Notes: a model not told the origin generated them from the letters alone. A stretch of 36,814 nt of DNA from Myxococcota bacterium (GCA_036336835.1 JAYZFK010000051.1:1-36814), one strand, 5' to 3'; shown: positions 24,775-34,395, counted from the stretch's first letter. A program made the numbers and translations.

Positions 24775-25521
24775 ATGGATCTTGGAATCGAGGGACGCTG
24801 TGCGGCGGTGGCCGGTGCGTCGGCGGGGCTCGGGCTCGCGACGGCCCGGGCGCTCGCGGCCGAGGGAGTCCGGGTTGCGATGTGCAGCCGCGACGCCGGA
24901 CGGATCGAGACGGCGGCCAAGCAGGTCGGCGAGCTCGCGACGCCGCTCGTGGCGGACGTGTCGACCGAAGCGGGCGCCGACGACTTCATCGCCCGGGCGC
25001 TCGCGGTCCACGACGGTCGCGTCGACATCCTGCTGGCCAACGCCGGGGGGCCGCCGCCGGGGCGGGCCGTCGACGTCGACCCCGCCGTCGCGTCCGAGTG
25101 GGTGGACCGCAGCCTGTTTGCCCACATGGCGATGTGTCGGGCGGTGCTCCCCGGAATGCGCGAGCGCGGCTGGGGCAGGATCCTGGCGATCACCACGGTC
25201 GGCGTCAAAGAGCCGCTGCCCGGCATGATCTACTCCAACGTTGCCCGAACCGGGCTCACGGCGTACCTGAAGCAGCTGTCGGGCGAGGTGATCGCCGACG
25301 GAGTGACCGTCAACTCGCTGCTGCCCAACAGCCACCTCACCGAGCGACTCGAGAGCCTGATTCCCGACATCGCCGCCTACGCGGCGTCGCTGCCGAGTGG
25401 GCGGACGGGTGATGCCGACGATTTCGGACGGATCGCGGCCTTCCTGTGCTCGGAGCAAGCGAATTTCCTGACGGGCGTCGCGCTGCCGGTGGACGGCGGC
25501 ACGGGTCGGACGCTCGCCTGA
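24775..25521 (+). CDS. Short-chain dehydrogenase/reductase (FabG-like, atypical SNVAR in place of YxxxK)
   Basis: AGASAGLG, ANAGGPPPG, YSNVARTGL, LTGVALPVDGG. SD GGAGG. Confidence 0.9.
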   Translation: MDLGIEGRCAAVAGASAGLGLATARALAAEGVRVAMCSRDAGRIETAAKQVGELATPLVADVSTEAGADDFIARALAVHDGRVDILLANAGGPPPGRAVDVDPAVASEWVDRSLFAHMAMCRAVLPGMRERGWGRILAITTVGVKEPLPGMIYSNVARTGLTAYLKQLSGEVIADGVTVNSLLPNSHLTERLESLIPDIAAYAASLPSGRTGDADDFGRIAAFLCSEQANFLTGVALPVDGGTGRTLA

Positions 25522-25537
25522 CGCACGGGAGGGCGCG

Positions 25538-25981
25538 ATGGGCGCCGCGGACGATCGCTTCGACATCATCGCCGTACTCGATCGCTATGCGGAGGTGCTC
25601 GATGAGCGCGATTGGCCTGGGCTGGCCGATGTCTTCACTCCGGATGTCGACCTGGACGTCGGCGGCTACCGCGCGACGGGTCTCGAGGCGGTGACGAGCC
25701 ACATCCGCTCGTTCCTCGACGGCTGCGGGCCGAGCCAGCACCGGCTCAGCAACTACCGCATCGAGCTCGACGGCGACACGGCCAGCAGCCGCTGCTACAT
25801 CCGCGTCATGCACTTCGGCAAGGGAGAGCACGCCGGCCGGAGCTACGAAATGTGGGGTCGATACGCCGACCAGCTGGTGCGAACCCCCGCTGGCTGGAGA
25901 AGCCGCCAGCGCCGCATCGAAGTCACGATGGAGCAGGGAGACCGCATCCTCCTCGGACCGGAGCGCGGGGGAGCGGCATGA
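25538..25981 (+). CDS. NTF2/SnoaL-like family protein
   Basis: RYAEVLDERDW, SQHRLSN, GRYADQLVRTPAGW. Confidence 0.85.
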   Translation: MGAADDRFDIIAVLDRYAEVLDERDWPGLADVFTPDVDLDVGGYRATGLEAVTSHIRSFLDGCGPSQHRLSNYRIELDGDTASSRCYIRVMHFGKGEHAGRSYEMWGRYADQLVRTPAGWRSRQRRIEVTMEQGDRILLGPERGGAA

Positions 25982-26631
25982 CTGACATCTCGTTCTTCGA
26001 GCTGGTCGGGCAGGTGCGGGCGATGCGGCGGCTGAGGCCGGATCCGGTGCCGCTCGAGCTGCTGTGGAAGGTGCTCGAGGCCGGGGTGAAGGCGCCGAGC
26101 GGAATGAACACGCAGCCCTGGTCGTTCGTGGTGATCCGCGAGCCGCAGGGCAAGCAGTGGTTTGCGGAGCGTTACCAGGCCGCGATCGAAGCGCGCTTCG
26201 GGGGGTTCTCGCTTTCCGAGCCGGGTGGCTCGGAAGACTCGCCGATGATCCGTCAGCTCCGCGCCGTGTTGTACCAGACCGAGCACATGCAGGAGTTTCC
26301 CGTGCTGCTGCTGGTGTGCGGGCTGCGGGACTGGCCGTTCCGCGTGCCCCCGGAAGAGCGCGTGGGCAAGGCGCCGCCCAACTACGGCGCCGTCTACCCG
26401 TGTGTGCAGAACATCCTGCTGGCATGTCGCGCGGTCGGCCTCGGCGCCGCGCTGACCACCATGCACCAGGTGTTCGAGGACGAGCTCGCCGAGCGGTTCG
26501 GCATCCCGGACGAGTACGGCGTCGTCGTCACGATCCCGATCGGCTATCCGCTCGGGAAGTTCGGGCCGGTGACCCGCCGACCCGCCGCGGAGGTCACCTG
26601 GTTCGAGCGCTGGGGCAACACCGATCCCTGA
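25978..26631 (+). CDS. Nitroreductase family protein
   Basis: RAMRRLRPDPVP, APSGMNTQPWSF, VQNILLACRAVGLG, IPIGYP. ATGA overlap with the upstream stop. Confidence 0.9.
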   Translation: MTDISFFELVGQVRAMRRLRPDPVPLELLWKVLEAGVKAPSGMNTQPWSFVVIREPQGKQWFAERYQAAIEARFGGFSLSEPGGSEDSPMIRQLRAVLYQTEHMQEFPVLLLVCGLRDWPFRVPPEERVGKAPPNYGAVYPCVQNILLACRAVGLGAALTTMHQVFEDELAERFGIPDEYGVVVTIPIGYPLGKFGPVTRRPAAEVTWFERWGNTDP

Positions 26632-26666
26632 GGCGGCCGGCCCGAGACCGCAGTGCGGTCGACCCG

Positions 26667-27947
26667 TCAGCTTCCGCCCCGCAGCCGGGCGAGGTCCGCG
26701 GGCACGCGTTGGGCGGCGACCGCGTAGACCAGCCCGGAGGCCGCGACCGCGAGCGTCATTGCGGCGATCGCATAGCGAAGCGAATCGTCGCCGTACTCGG
26801 CGCTCCAGTGCTCGGTCAGCGCGCCGACGATCCACGGGCCCAAGCCCTGTCCGACCCCGGTGAAGATCATCGTCCAGATCGCGTGCGCGAGCGCCCGCAT
26901 GTTGGGTCGGGCGAGCGCCTGCGCCATCGCGGCCATCGGCGCCGAGAAGAATCCGACCAGCACCGAGCCCGCGATCCAGAGCCCGAAGGCCACGGGAATC
27001 CCGTCGGCTGCCGGGGCCGGCGGCAACAGCAGGAAGGCGAGTATCAGCGGCGCCGAGCCGAAGTTGCCGATCGCACACACCCACAGCGGCCAGCGCTCGT
27101 CGCGTGGCCGCAGCCGGTCGGCGATCGCGCTGCCGAGGTAGGCGCCCAGCGCGGTGGGCAGCGCGCCGTAGACGAAGACCGTGATGCCGACCTCGAGCCC
27201 CTGGTAGCCGTAGCTGCGTCGGATGAACTCGGGCTCCCACATGGTGCGGCCCATCTGTCCGACCCCGGCGAGCAAGGCCGCAAACACCATCCAGCGAAAC
27301 GAAGGCAGCCCGAACAGGTGCTTTGCCGCCGCCAGTGGCGTGGCACTCTCGATCCCGCTGCGAGGGGGCTCGCGCAGCGTGAACCGCACCAGCAGCGAGA
27401 CGGCGAGCCCCGGCACGCCCACGGCGATCAGCGTACCGCGCCAGCCGAGCGTGCCCGCCAGATAGCCTCCGGCCGTCAGGCCGAGGCCGATGCCGATCAG
27501 CGACCCGATCGTGAGCGACGAGAGCGCCCGCGCCCGCATCGACTCGGGCGCCGTGTCCGAGAGCAGCGAGACCGAGGGGGGGGCGCCGCCCGCCTCGCCG
27601 ATGCCGACGCCCATGCGCGTCGCGAACAGAGTCCAGAAGCCGCTCGCCGCCGCCCCGAGTGAGGTCATCGCGCTCCACACGAACAACGCGATCGAGATCA
27701 CCGTTCGTCTCGACGTCCGGTCGGCGAGCCAGGCGGCAGGCAACACGGCCAGCAGGTGGACGACGGCGAACGACGGCCCGAGCAGGATCCCGATCTGAGT
27801 GTCGCCGAGCCCGAGATCCGCCTTGATGCCGGGCACCAGCATGGCGACGATCGTGCGGTCGACCACGTTGAAGATCGCGACCAGCAGCACGATGCCCATC
27901 GCGTACCCGACGTACGCGCGTGAGTAGGGCTCGCTGGCTCGGCTCAT
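26667..27947 (-). CDS. MFS transporter (Spinster-like)
   Basis: IFNVVDR, IKADLGLGDTQIG, LADRTSRR, RMGVGIGEAG, and about 12 hydrophobic segments. Confidence 0.9.
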   Translation of the reverse strand: MSRASEPYSRAYVGYAMGIVLLVAIFNVVDRTIVAMLVPGIKADLGLGDTQIGILLGPSFAVVHLLAVLPAAWLADRTSRRTVISIALFVWSAMTSLGAAASGFWTLFATRMGVGIGEAGGAPPSVSLLSDTAPESMRARALSSLTIGSLIGIGLGLTAGGYLAGTLGWRGTLIAVGVPGLAVSLLVRFTLREPPRSGIESATPLAAAKHLFGLPSFRWMVFAALLAGVGQMGRTMWEPEFIRRSYGYQGLEVGITVFVYGALPTALGAYLGSAIADRLRPRDERWPLWVCAIGNFGSAPLILAFLLLPPAPAADGIPVAFGLWIAGSVLVGFFSAPMAAMAQALARPNMRALAHAIWTMIFTGVGQGLGPWIVGALTEHWSAEYGDDSLRYAIAAMTLAVAASGLVYAVAAQRVPADLARLRGGS

Positions 27948-28054
27948 GGTTCGTCCCGATCCCTCTCTCTGACTTCAACGCCAACTTCCCGACACGTCCC
28001 TGCCCGAGCGGAGTAGGATCATGCCCTCCCCGCAACGAGAAGAGGAGCATTTCG

Positions 28055-28813
28055 ATGGCGTTCGAGGGGATCGAGGGCAAGGTTGCGATCGTCACCGGCG
28101 GTGGCGGCGGCATCGGCGAGGCGTACGCAACCGGATTTGCGGCCGCAGGCGCGAAGGTCGTCGTCGCCGAGCTCGACAAGGAGGGCGGTGAGCGCGTCGC
28201 GTCATCGATCCGTTCGAGCGGCGGAGAGGCCACCTTCGTCCACACGGACATCGGCTCCGAGGAGTCGACGCAGCAGGCTGCCGCCGCTGCGGTCGAGGCC
28301 TTCGGCGGGATCGACTTCCTGGTGAACAACGCGGCCGTGTTCAAGGACATGAAGCTGTCGAGCCTGCTCGCGGTCGAGTGGGACTACTACAAGTTCTTCA
28401 TGAACGTGAACCTCGACGGTGCGCTGCTGATGACCCGGGCGTGCTACGGCTCGATGGCCGAGCGCGGCGGCGGCTCGATCGTCAATCAATCCTCGACCGC
28501 GGCCTGGATGGGCGTTGGCTACTACGGGCTCTCGAAGCTCGCAATCAACGGTCTCACGCAGTCGTTGGCGCGCGAGCTCGGACCCTCGAACATCCGAGTC
28601 AACGCGATCGCTCCCGGGCCGACCGACACCGAGGCGCTCAACAAGACGACGACGGTCGAGTTCCAGCAGCAGATGGTCGCGAGCTTCCCGCTGTCGCGGC
28701 TGGGGCAGCCCGTCGACATGGTCGGCACGGCGCTCTATCTGTGCTCCGACGCTTCGCAATGGGTGACGGGCCAGATCATCGCGGTCGACGGCGGGCAGAT
28801 CGTCCGGCCCTGA
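28055..28813 (+). CDS. Classical short-chain dehydrogenase/reductase
   Basis: TGGGGGIG, LVNNAA, YGLSK, NAIAPG, VTGQIIAVDGG. SD AGGAG before ATG 28055. Confidence 0.92.
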   Translation: MAFEGIEGKVAIVTGGGGGIGEAYATGFAAAGAKVVVAELDKEGGERVASSIRSSGGEATFVHTDIGSEESTQQAAAAAVEAFGGIDFLVNNAAVFKDMKLSSLLAVEWDYYKFFMNVNLDGALLMTRACYGSMAERGGGSIVNQSSTAAWMGVGYYGLSKLAINGLTQSLARELGPSNIRVNAIAPGPTDTEALNKTTTVEFQQQMVASFPLSRLGQPVDMVGTALYLCSDASQWVTGQIIAVDGGQIVRP

Positions 28814-28852
28814 GCCGCGAAGCCCGCGCGGCGGGTCCAGCGACGCGCTCGA

Positions 28853-30034
28853 TCAGCGCGGTGCGAAGCGCACCGGCAGCGACTTCGGGCCTCGCAGCAC
28901 CGTCCCCGCGATGCCGACGGCGCTGGGATCGCCGAGCTCGAGATCCGGCAGCCGTTCGGCGAAGACCCGCAGGCTGACCTCCATCTCGCGGCGGGCGAGG
29001 TGGGAGCCCAGGCAGAAGTGCAGCCCGTAGCCGAAGCTCAGGAACTCGCGCTCACTCCTCCAGGGATCGAAGCGGTCGGGCTCGGCGAAGGCGGCGGGAT
29101 CGCGATTGGCCGACGTGACACCGAAGAGCACCTCGGATCCGGCCGGGATGTCGCTGCCCGCGAAGTGCACATCCTTGGGAGCGAAGCGCGGCAGCAGCGC
29201 GGTCGGTGGCTCCCAGCGCAGCGCCTCCTGGACGACACGTGGCACGAGACTGGGATCGCGCTGCACAGCCTCGAACACCTCGCGGTGCAGGAGCACCGCG
29301 TACAGCATGCTGCCCAGTCCCCGGTAGGTCGTGTCCGCGCCCGCCGGAAACAGCAGCCGCAGGAAGGAGAAGATCTCCTCGTCGGCGAGGCGCTCGCCGT
29401 CGACCTCGACCGTCGCGAGCGAGGAGATCAGGTCCTCGCCGGGCTCGCTGCGCCGCCGGTCGATGATGGGCTTCAGGTAGGCGGTGAACTCTTCGCGAGC
29501 CTTCAGTGCGCCCTCCGGGTCCCAGGGAAAATCGATCAGGCCGTCGCCCCAGCGCTTGAGCTGCTCGAAGTCGGTCGCAGGCAGATCGAGCAGGCGCGTG
29601 ATCACCGTGAAGGCGTACCGCGTGGTGTAGTCGCGAACCAGGTCCGACTCGCCCTTGTCTGCGATGCCGTCGACCAGCTCGTGGGCGACGGGCGTGAGGA
29701 AGGCCTCGACGAACTCGGTCATCAGCCGCGGGCGAAACGCCTTGGAGACGAGCCCGCGGTTGCGGCGATGCTCGTCTCCCCCCATGCACTGGATCGTCTT
29801 GCCCATCGACGGGAGGCTGTGACGAGAGTAGGCGGCCTCGGAGGGAAAGGTCGTGTCGTCGCTGAAGGCGGTCTGCAGATCGGCGAAGCGTGTGATCAGA
29901 CGAGCGACCTCGCCGTGATAGATCACCGGCGCGACGGCATGACGCTCGCGCAGATCGGCCAGGATCTCGTGAAGCTCCAGGACCTCGCCCGAGGCGAAAT
30001 CGATCTGGGGATACTCGGGGTCGGGATGCGCCAC
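28853..30034 (-). CDS. Cytochrome P450
   Basis: I-helix AGADTT, EALR (ExxR), ANRDP, and heme motif FGYGLHFCLG. GTG 30034 with GAGGAG SD (alternative start 30067). Confidence 0.95.
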   Translation of the reverse strand: MAHPDPEYPQIDFASGEVLELHEILADLRERHAVAPVIYHGEVARLITRFADLQTAFSDDTTFPSEAAYSRHSLPSMGKTIQCMGGDEHRRNRGLVSKAFRPRLMTEFVEAFLTPVAHELVDGIADKGESDLVRDYTTRYAFTVITRLLDLPATDFEQLKRWGDGLIDFPWDPEGALKAREEFTAYLKPIIDRRRSEPGEDLISSLATVEVDGERLADEEIFSFLRLLFPAGADTTYRGLGSMLYAVLLHREVFEAVQRDPSLVPRVVQEALRWEPPTALLPRFAPKDVHFAGSDIPAGSEVLFGVTSANRDPAAFAEPDRFDPWRSEREFLSFGYGLHFCLGSHLARREMEVSLRVFAERLPDLELGDPSAVGIAGTVLRGPKSLPVRFAPR

Positions 30035-30085
30035 GCCGGGTCTCCTCTGCCGCCCGCATTCTGCCACGTCGGGGGCTGTCCGGGA

Positions 30086-31330
30086 TCAAGCCTCTTCAGG
30101 GACGCCGTAGTGCTCGCAGTAGAAGCGGAATCGCTTGCGCTCCTCGTCGCGGTCGAAGCCCATGGATTCGAGGGTGTACTCGTGCTTGCCGCGCTTGCCG
30201 CGCGGGCGCCTGCCCAGGTAGTCGTCGATCCGCTGCGATAGAGCGTCCGGAAACTCCCAGCCCGCGCGCTGGTAGATCGTGCGCAGCGTTGCCGACGGGT
30301 TGCTCATCAACTCGTGGTACTGGACGTCGATGAAGCGCTCGTCGCGCACGCGGCCGTCGGCGCGCTTCTCGATCTCCTGCTGGAACATGTACGCACAGCC
30401 CATCGCCAGCTGCTGCGGGGACGCGGACAGATCGACCTCCTCGCAGCGCATCCGCTTGAGCGTGCCGATCAGGCTGACCGTCGACGGCAGTGACTCCAGC
30501 GGATCGCGGTGGATCCGGATCACCCAGGCATCCGGGTACACCGAGTGGAGCTCCTCGAGCAGCTGCAGGTGGCTCGGCGCCTTGAGTCCCCAGCGCGTGC
30601 AGCCCTCGGCGCCGCGCTGCTGCAGCGTCTTGAGCACGTTGCGATGAAACTCGTAGACCGGCCGGTGATCGGCCTGGACCAGCTGCTGCTGGTAGCTGGG
30701 CACCACGTGGCAGCCGCTCCACTGATCCGACAGAAACGTGTTGGCCATGATGAAGATGCACTCGTTGGGCAGGTCGCCGGAGTTTTCGTGCATCGTGGCG
30801 TACTCGGGCGCCAAGTCTTCCATCAGCACGGTCTCGGCGTGCCCGTGCGCACGCAATGCGTCGTCCGCGAGCGACTCGACCGGGTGCAGCATCTCCCACA
30901 TCGCCGGTGTGCGGGCGGTCGGGTCGAGTGCCAGCAGCTCCGACAGGATGGAGGTGCCCGAGCGCGCCATGCCGACCACGAAGGCCGGTGGCAGCAGCTC
31001 GGTCGCGAGCACCTCGGGCTGCCGCTTCCACAGGTCGGCGAGCAGCAGTCGGTTGCGCAGGCAGCGCAGCAGGTCGTGGCGCACCAGCAGCCGCCCGGCG
31101 ACGTGGAGCGACGACTCGGTCCGCAGCGAGTGGACGAGCAGCTCGAACCACCTGCGCCAGTCCGCCGAGTCCGCACTGCCGAAGTCGTCGAGCCCGCCGG
31201 TCGAGGCGATGGCGGTGTCGATCAGCTCCTGCGGGTCGAGCGACACCAGATGTGCCGCGCCGCCCACCGCGGGGCCGTGCGCGATCAGGCGCGCGAGCCA
31301 GTCGGGGCGTTCGGGCGGGGTCCAGGCCAC
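30086..31330 (-). CDS. Sulfotransferase (PAPS-dependent, Sulfotransfer_3-like)
   Basis: VVGMARSGTSIL, WGLKAPSH, IHRDPLESLPS. Confidence 0.9.
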   Translation of the reverse strand: MAWTPPERPDWLARLIAHGPAVGGAAHLVSLDPQELIDTAIASTGGLDDFGSADSADWRRWFELLVHSLRTESSLHVAGRLLVRHDLLRCLRNRLLLADLWKRQPEVLATELLPPAFVVGMARSGTSILSELLALDPTARTPAMWEMLHPVESLADDALRAHGHAETVLMEDLAPEYATMHENSGDLPNECIFIMANTFLSDQWSGCHVVPSYQQQLVQADHRPVYEFHRNVLKTLQQRGAEGCTRWGLKAPSHLQLLEELHSVYPDAWVIRIHRDPLESLPSTVSLIGTLKRMRCEEVDLSASPQQLAMGCAYMFQQEIEKRADGRVRDERFIDVQYHELMSNPSATLRTIYQRAGWEFPDALSQRIDDYLGRRPRGKRGKHEYTLESMGFDRDEERKRFRFYCEHYGVPEEA

Positions 31331-31337
31331 GATCGGG

Positions 31338-32525
31338 CTAGAGGTAGCGGTTCCAGAGCTGCTCGCGGCGCGCCGACAGTCGGCGGCGCCGCTCGCTCTC
31401 GTCGATCAGCGGATGACCCTTCGGCATCAGACCGCGGACGGCATCGACCTTCACCACCTCGCCCGATGGCTCCGGGCTGCTGGTTGCCCAGACCCAGCGA
31501 TAGGCGAGCAGACCGCGGCGGCGCCCTTCCGTGTCGATCCAGTTCGCCACGCCGGGGTCGCGGGTCGAGAGTGCGATCCGCACGCGTCCGTCGTCGTCGA
31601 TGTGAAGCTGGTGTCCCGACAAGCTCACCTGCCGGTTTGCGAAATCACCCGATTCGAGCCAGCCCAGTGTGTGGATGCAGAAGTTGTAGTACTGCGCCTC
31701 CGGCTCCTCGCAGGTGAACAGGAGTGCCTCGTCCTCTTCGAGCTGCCAGAAGCAGCTGCCGTACAGGATGTTCTCGGCCCCGCCCGGAGTCGAGCGCGCC
31801 GCCGAGACCTGGTTGGGTGTCGCCCGCTCCCAGGCCTGCGCGGTGTACTGGTTCCAGTAGGCGGCCGATTTCTCGACCCAGTTCGCGCTGCGGTCGAGCG
31901 CAGTAGCGAGCGCGGCCGGGTCGAGCGGCGGCGGGGCGATCCCCTCGGCGCCGACGCGTTCGATGTGCAGCGTCGGCGATGAGTCGGTCACCCAGTCGCT
32001 CCGGTAGGTGCGCACCTGGAAGATGCGCGCCGCATCGTGCATCGGCATCCAGTTGGCGGCGCCCGCCGGTTTGCTCCGGGAGACGAACAGCTCGAACTCG
32101 CCGTTCGGCCCGACCTGCCAGTCGTCGAGTCCCTGCTCGCTGTAGACGCCGTACTGCTGCAGCTGCATGTCGCCCTCCTGCAGCGACACGATGATCTGCC
32201 GCATGTCGGTCAGGTTGCCCCAGACGCGGTAGTCGTAGTCGGGATGGATCGCGGCGCGCAGGTAGGTGTTGTCCGGATTCGGGCCGCCCCATTGATTGTG
32301 GGGCTCCTCGTAGCGACACAGCTGCGGGTAGGCCGGATCGCCGCACTCGATCTCCATGCGCATGGCGTACGAGAGCAGGCGCGTCAGAGAGCGGAAGCCC
32401 TCGGCGCGATCGCGCGGCTCGTCGGGGAAGCCGTCCCCGATGATCGTGTCGCCGACGCTCTTGAGCCGGTCGCAGAAATCGTGCCAGGCCTCGCCGGAGA
32501 GCAGGCGGTCGGCGTCGTCGCTCAT
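31338..32525 (-). CDS. DUF1214-domain protein
   Basis: AWHDFCDRLK, RAEGFRSL, WGGPNPDNTY, WLESGDF, DDDGRVRIALSTRDPGVANWIDT. This type is typically paired with sulfotransferases. Confidence 0.8.
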   Translation of the reverse strand: MSDDADRLLSGEAWHDFCDRLKSVGDTIIGDGFPDEPRDRAEGFRSLTRLLSYAMRMEIECGDPAYPQLCRYEEPHNQWGGPNPDNTYLRAAIHPDYDYRVWGNLTDMRQIIVSLQEGDMQLQQYGVYSEQGLDDWQVGPNGEFELFVSRSKPAGAANWMPMHDAARIFQVRTYRSDWVTDSSPTLHIERVGAEGIAPPPLDPAALATALDRSANWVEKSAAYWNQYTAQAWERATPNQVSAARSTPGGAENILYGSCFWQLEEDEALLFTCEEPEAQYYNFCIHTLGWLESGDFANRQVSLSGHQLHIDDDGRVRIALSTRDPGVANWIDTEGRRRGLLAYRWVWATSSPEPSGEVVKVDAVRGLMPKGHPLIDESERRRRLSARREQLWNRYL

Positions 32526-32695
32526 GGGTTCCCTCGCGCTGTCGAGCGCGCCAGGATACAGGGCGGCGACTCGCCAGTGGAAGCGAAGTGGGCGCGGAGC
32601 GGGCGCGAGCGGGCCGCCGCTGCCGCCTGCCGGCCAGGTGTCGAAGCAGCCAAGCCAGTAGACGCCGATGCGCGGCCTGCCGTAGGCTGCGACCG

Positions 32696-34375
32696 ATGAC
32701 GTCCGAATCCCCCGAGCGACTCACCTACGAAGAGGTTGCCGAGCGCCTGACCGCCGAAGGCGCGCCGTTCGAGACTGTCGAGGAGGAGGTCCTCGGCCAG
32801 CGGATTCAGCTCTACAAGAACCGCGCCCGCTCGCTGCGCGAGCTGCTCGCGGGCTCCTCGGCGCACGGCGACAAGACGTACTTCATCTTCGACGACGGTC
32901 GCCGGGTGACCTACGCCGAGCACCTGCGCATCGTCGCGTCCGTGGCCAGGGCGCTGAGCGAGGATCACGGCGTCCAGCAGGGCGACCGGGTGGCGATCCT
33001 GGCCGCCAACTGTCCCGAGTGGATTGTCGCGTACTGGGCGAGCGTCTCGCTCGGCGCGATCGTGGTCGGCATGAACGGCTGGTGGACCGGCGACGAGATC
33101 CAATACGGCCTCCGCGTGTCGAAGCCAAAGCTCCTGATCGCCGATCAGCGCAGGCTGGCTCGGCTCGACGGAGCTGATCCGGGCGTGCCGACTGTCGTGG
33201 TGGAGACGGACTTCGACGCGCTCTGGAATCGGGATCTCGACGCCGAGCTGCCGGACGTCCCGATTGCCGAGGACGATCCCTCGGTGATCCTGTTCACCAG
33301 TGGCACCACGGGCCGCCCCAAGGCGGCGATGTTGTCGCATCGCAATCTGTGCGCCTTCGTGATGTCGACCTTCTTCATCGGCGCCCGCCGCGCGATGACC
33401 GAGCCCACGGACAGCCGCCCGGGTGGCGCGGGGCTCGCCGTGTTCCCGCTGTTCCACGTCTCGGGCATGTTCGGATCGACCACCACCGGCCTGGCCGCCG
33501 GCACGACATCGGTGTGGCCGACCGGGCGCTTCGATGCGAAGAAGGTGATCGAGTTGACCAAGCAGCACGGCATCACCACCTGGGGTGGCGCCGCGACGCA
33601 CGTCTTCCGCCTGCTCGATGCGGTCGACGAGATGGGCTTCGACACGTCGGTGCTCACCAGCGTCGGCATCGGCGGCTCGGCGACCACGCCCGAGCTGATC
33701 CGGCGAAGCGAAGAGCGCATTCCCCAGACCCGGGGAACCTTCGGCTCGGGCTACGGCAGCACCGAGACGGGCGCCCTCGTCTCCTATGCCAATCACGCGA
33801 TGCTGATCGAGTCGCCCGATTGCGTGGGTCCCCCCCTGCCGACCGTCGAGCTCCGCATCCTCGACGAGGACGACAACGACGTCGGCGAGGGGGTCGACGG
33901 TCAGATCTGTGTGCGCAGTCCGATGGTGATGCTGGGCTACTGGGAGAACGACGATGCGAATGCGGAGACGCTGCTGCCGGAGCGCTGGCTCAAGATCGGG
34001 GACGTGGGGCGGCTCCAGCGCGGCCGGCTCCACCTCGCCGCACGCAAGCGCGACCTGATCATCCGCGGCGGCGAGAACATCTATCCCGTCGAGATCGAGA
34101 ACCGGCTGGAGGCGCACCCCGACCTGCTCGAGGTGGCCGTGGTGGGTGTCGACCACGTCGAGCTAGGACAGGAAGCCAAGGCGATCGTGGTGCCGCGCGA
34201 GGGGGCCAATCCCGATCCGGAGGAGCTCAAGGCGTTCGTCGCCGAGAAGCTCGCCTACTTCAAGGTGCCGGCCTACATCGAGGTGCGGCGCGACAAGCTG
34301 CCGCGCAACGCCACGGGCAAGGTGATGAAGCACGTCCTGACCGGGGACGCCGACAACAAGTTCGTCGAGGAATAG
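32696..34375 (+). CDS. AMP-binding acyl-CoA synthetase (long-chain fatty-acid-CoA ligase-like)
   Basis: FTSGTTGRPK, GYGSTE, GD, RKRDLIIRGGENIYP, LPRNATGKVMK. Start ATG 32696. Confidence 0.93.
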   Translation: MTSESPERLTYEEVAERLTAEGAPFETVEEEVLGQRIQLYKNRARSLRELLAGSSAHGDKTYFIFDDGRRVTYAEHLRIVASVARALSEDHGVQQGDRVAILAANCPEWIVAYWASVSLGAIVVGMNGWWTGDEIQYGLRVSKPKLLIADQRRLARLDGADPGVPTVVVETDFDALWNRDLDAELPDVPIAEDDPSVILFTSGTTGRPKAAMLSHRNLCAFVMSTFFIGARRAMTEPTDSRPGGAGLAVFPLFHVSGMFGSTTTGLAAGTTSVWPTGRFDAKKVIELTKQHGITTWGGAATHVFRLLDAVDEMGFDTSVLTSVGIGGSATTPELIRRSEERIPQTRGTFGSGYGSTETGALVSYANHAMLIESPDCVGPPLPTVELRILDEDDNDVGEGVDGQICVRSPMVMLGYWENDDANAETLLPERWLKIGDVGRLQRGRLHLAARKRDLIIRGGENIYPVEIENRLEAHPDLLEVAVVGVDHVELGQEAKAIVVPREGANPDPEELKAFVAEKLAYFKVPAYIEVRRDKLPRNATGKVMKHVLTGDADNKFVEE

Positions 34376-34395
34376 GCCGAGCGGCCGCCCCTCGC

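Noticed and set aside
26645..26660. Short palindrome GACCGC-AGT-GCGGTC between convergent genes (similar GC hairpin near 28823-28835)
   Set aside because: The stems are short with no U-tract, too weak to call as intrinsic terminators in GC-rich DNA.
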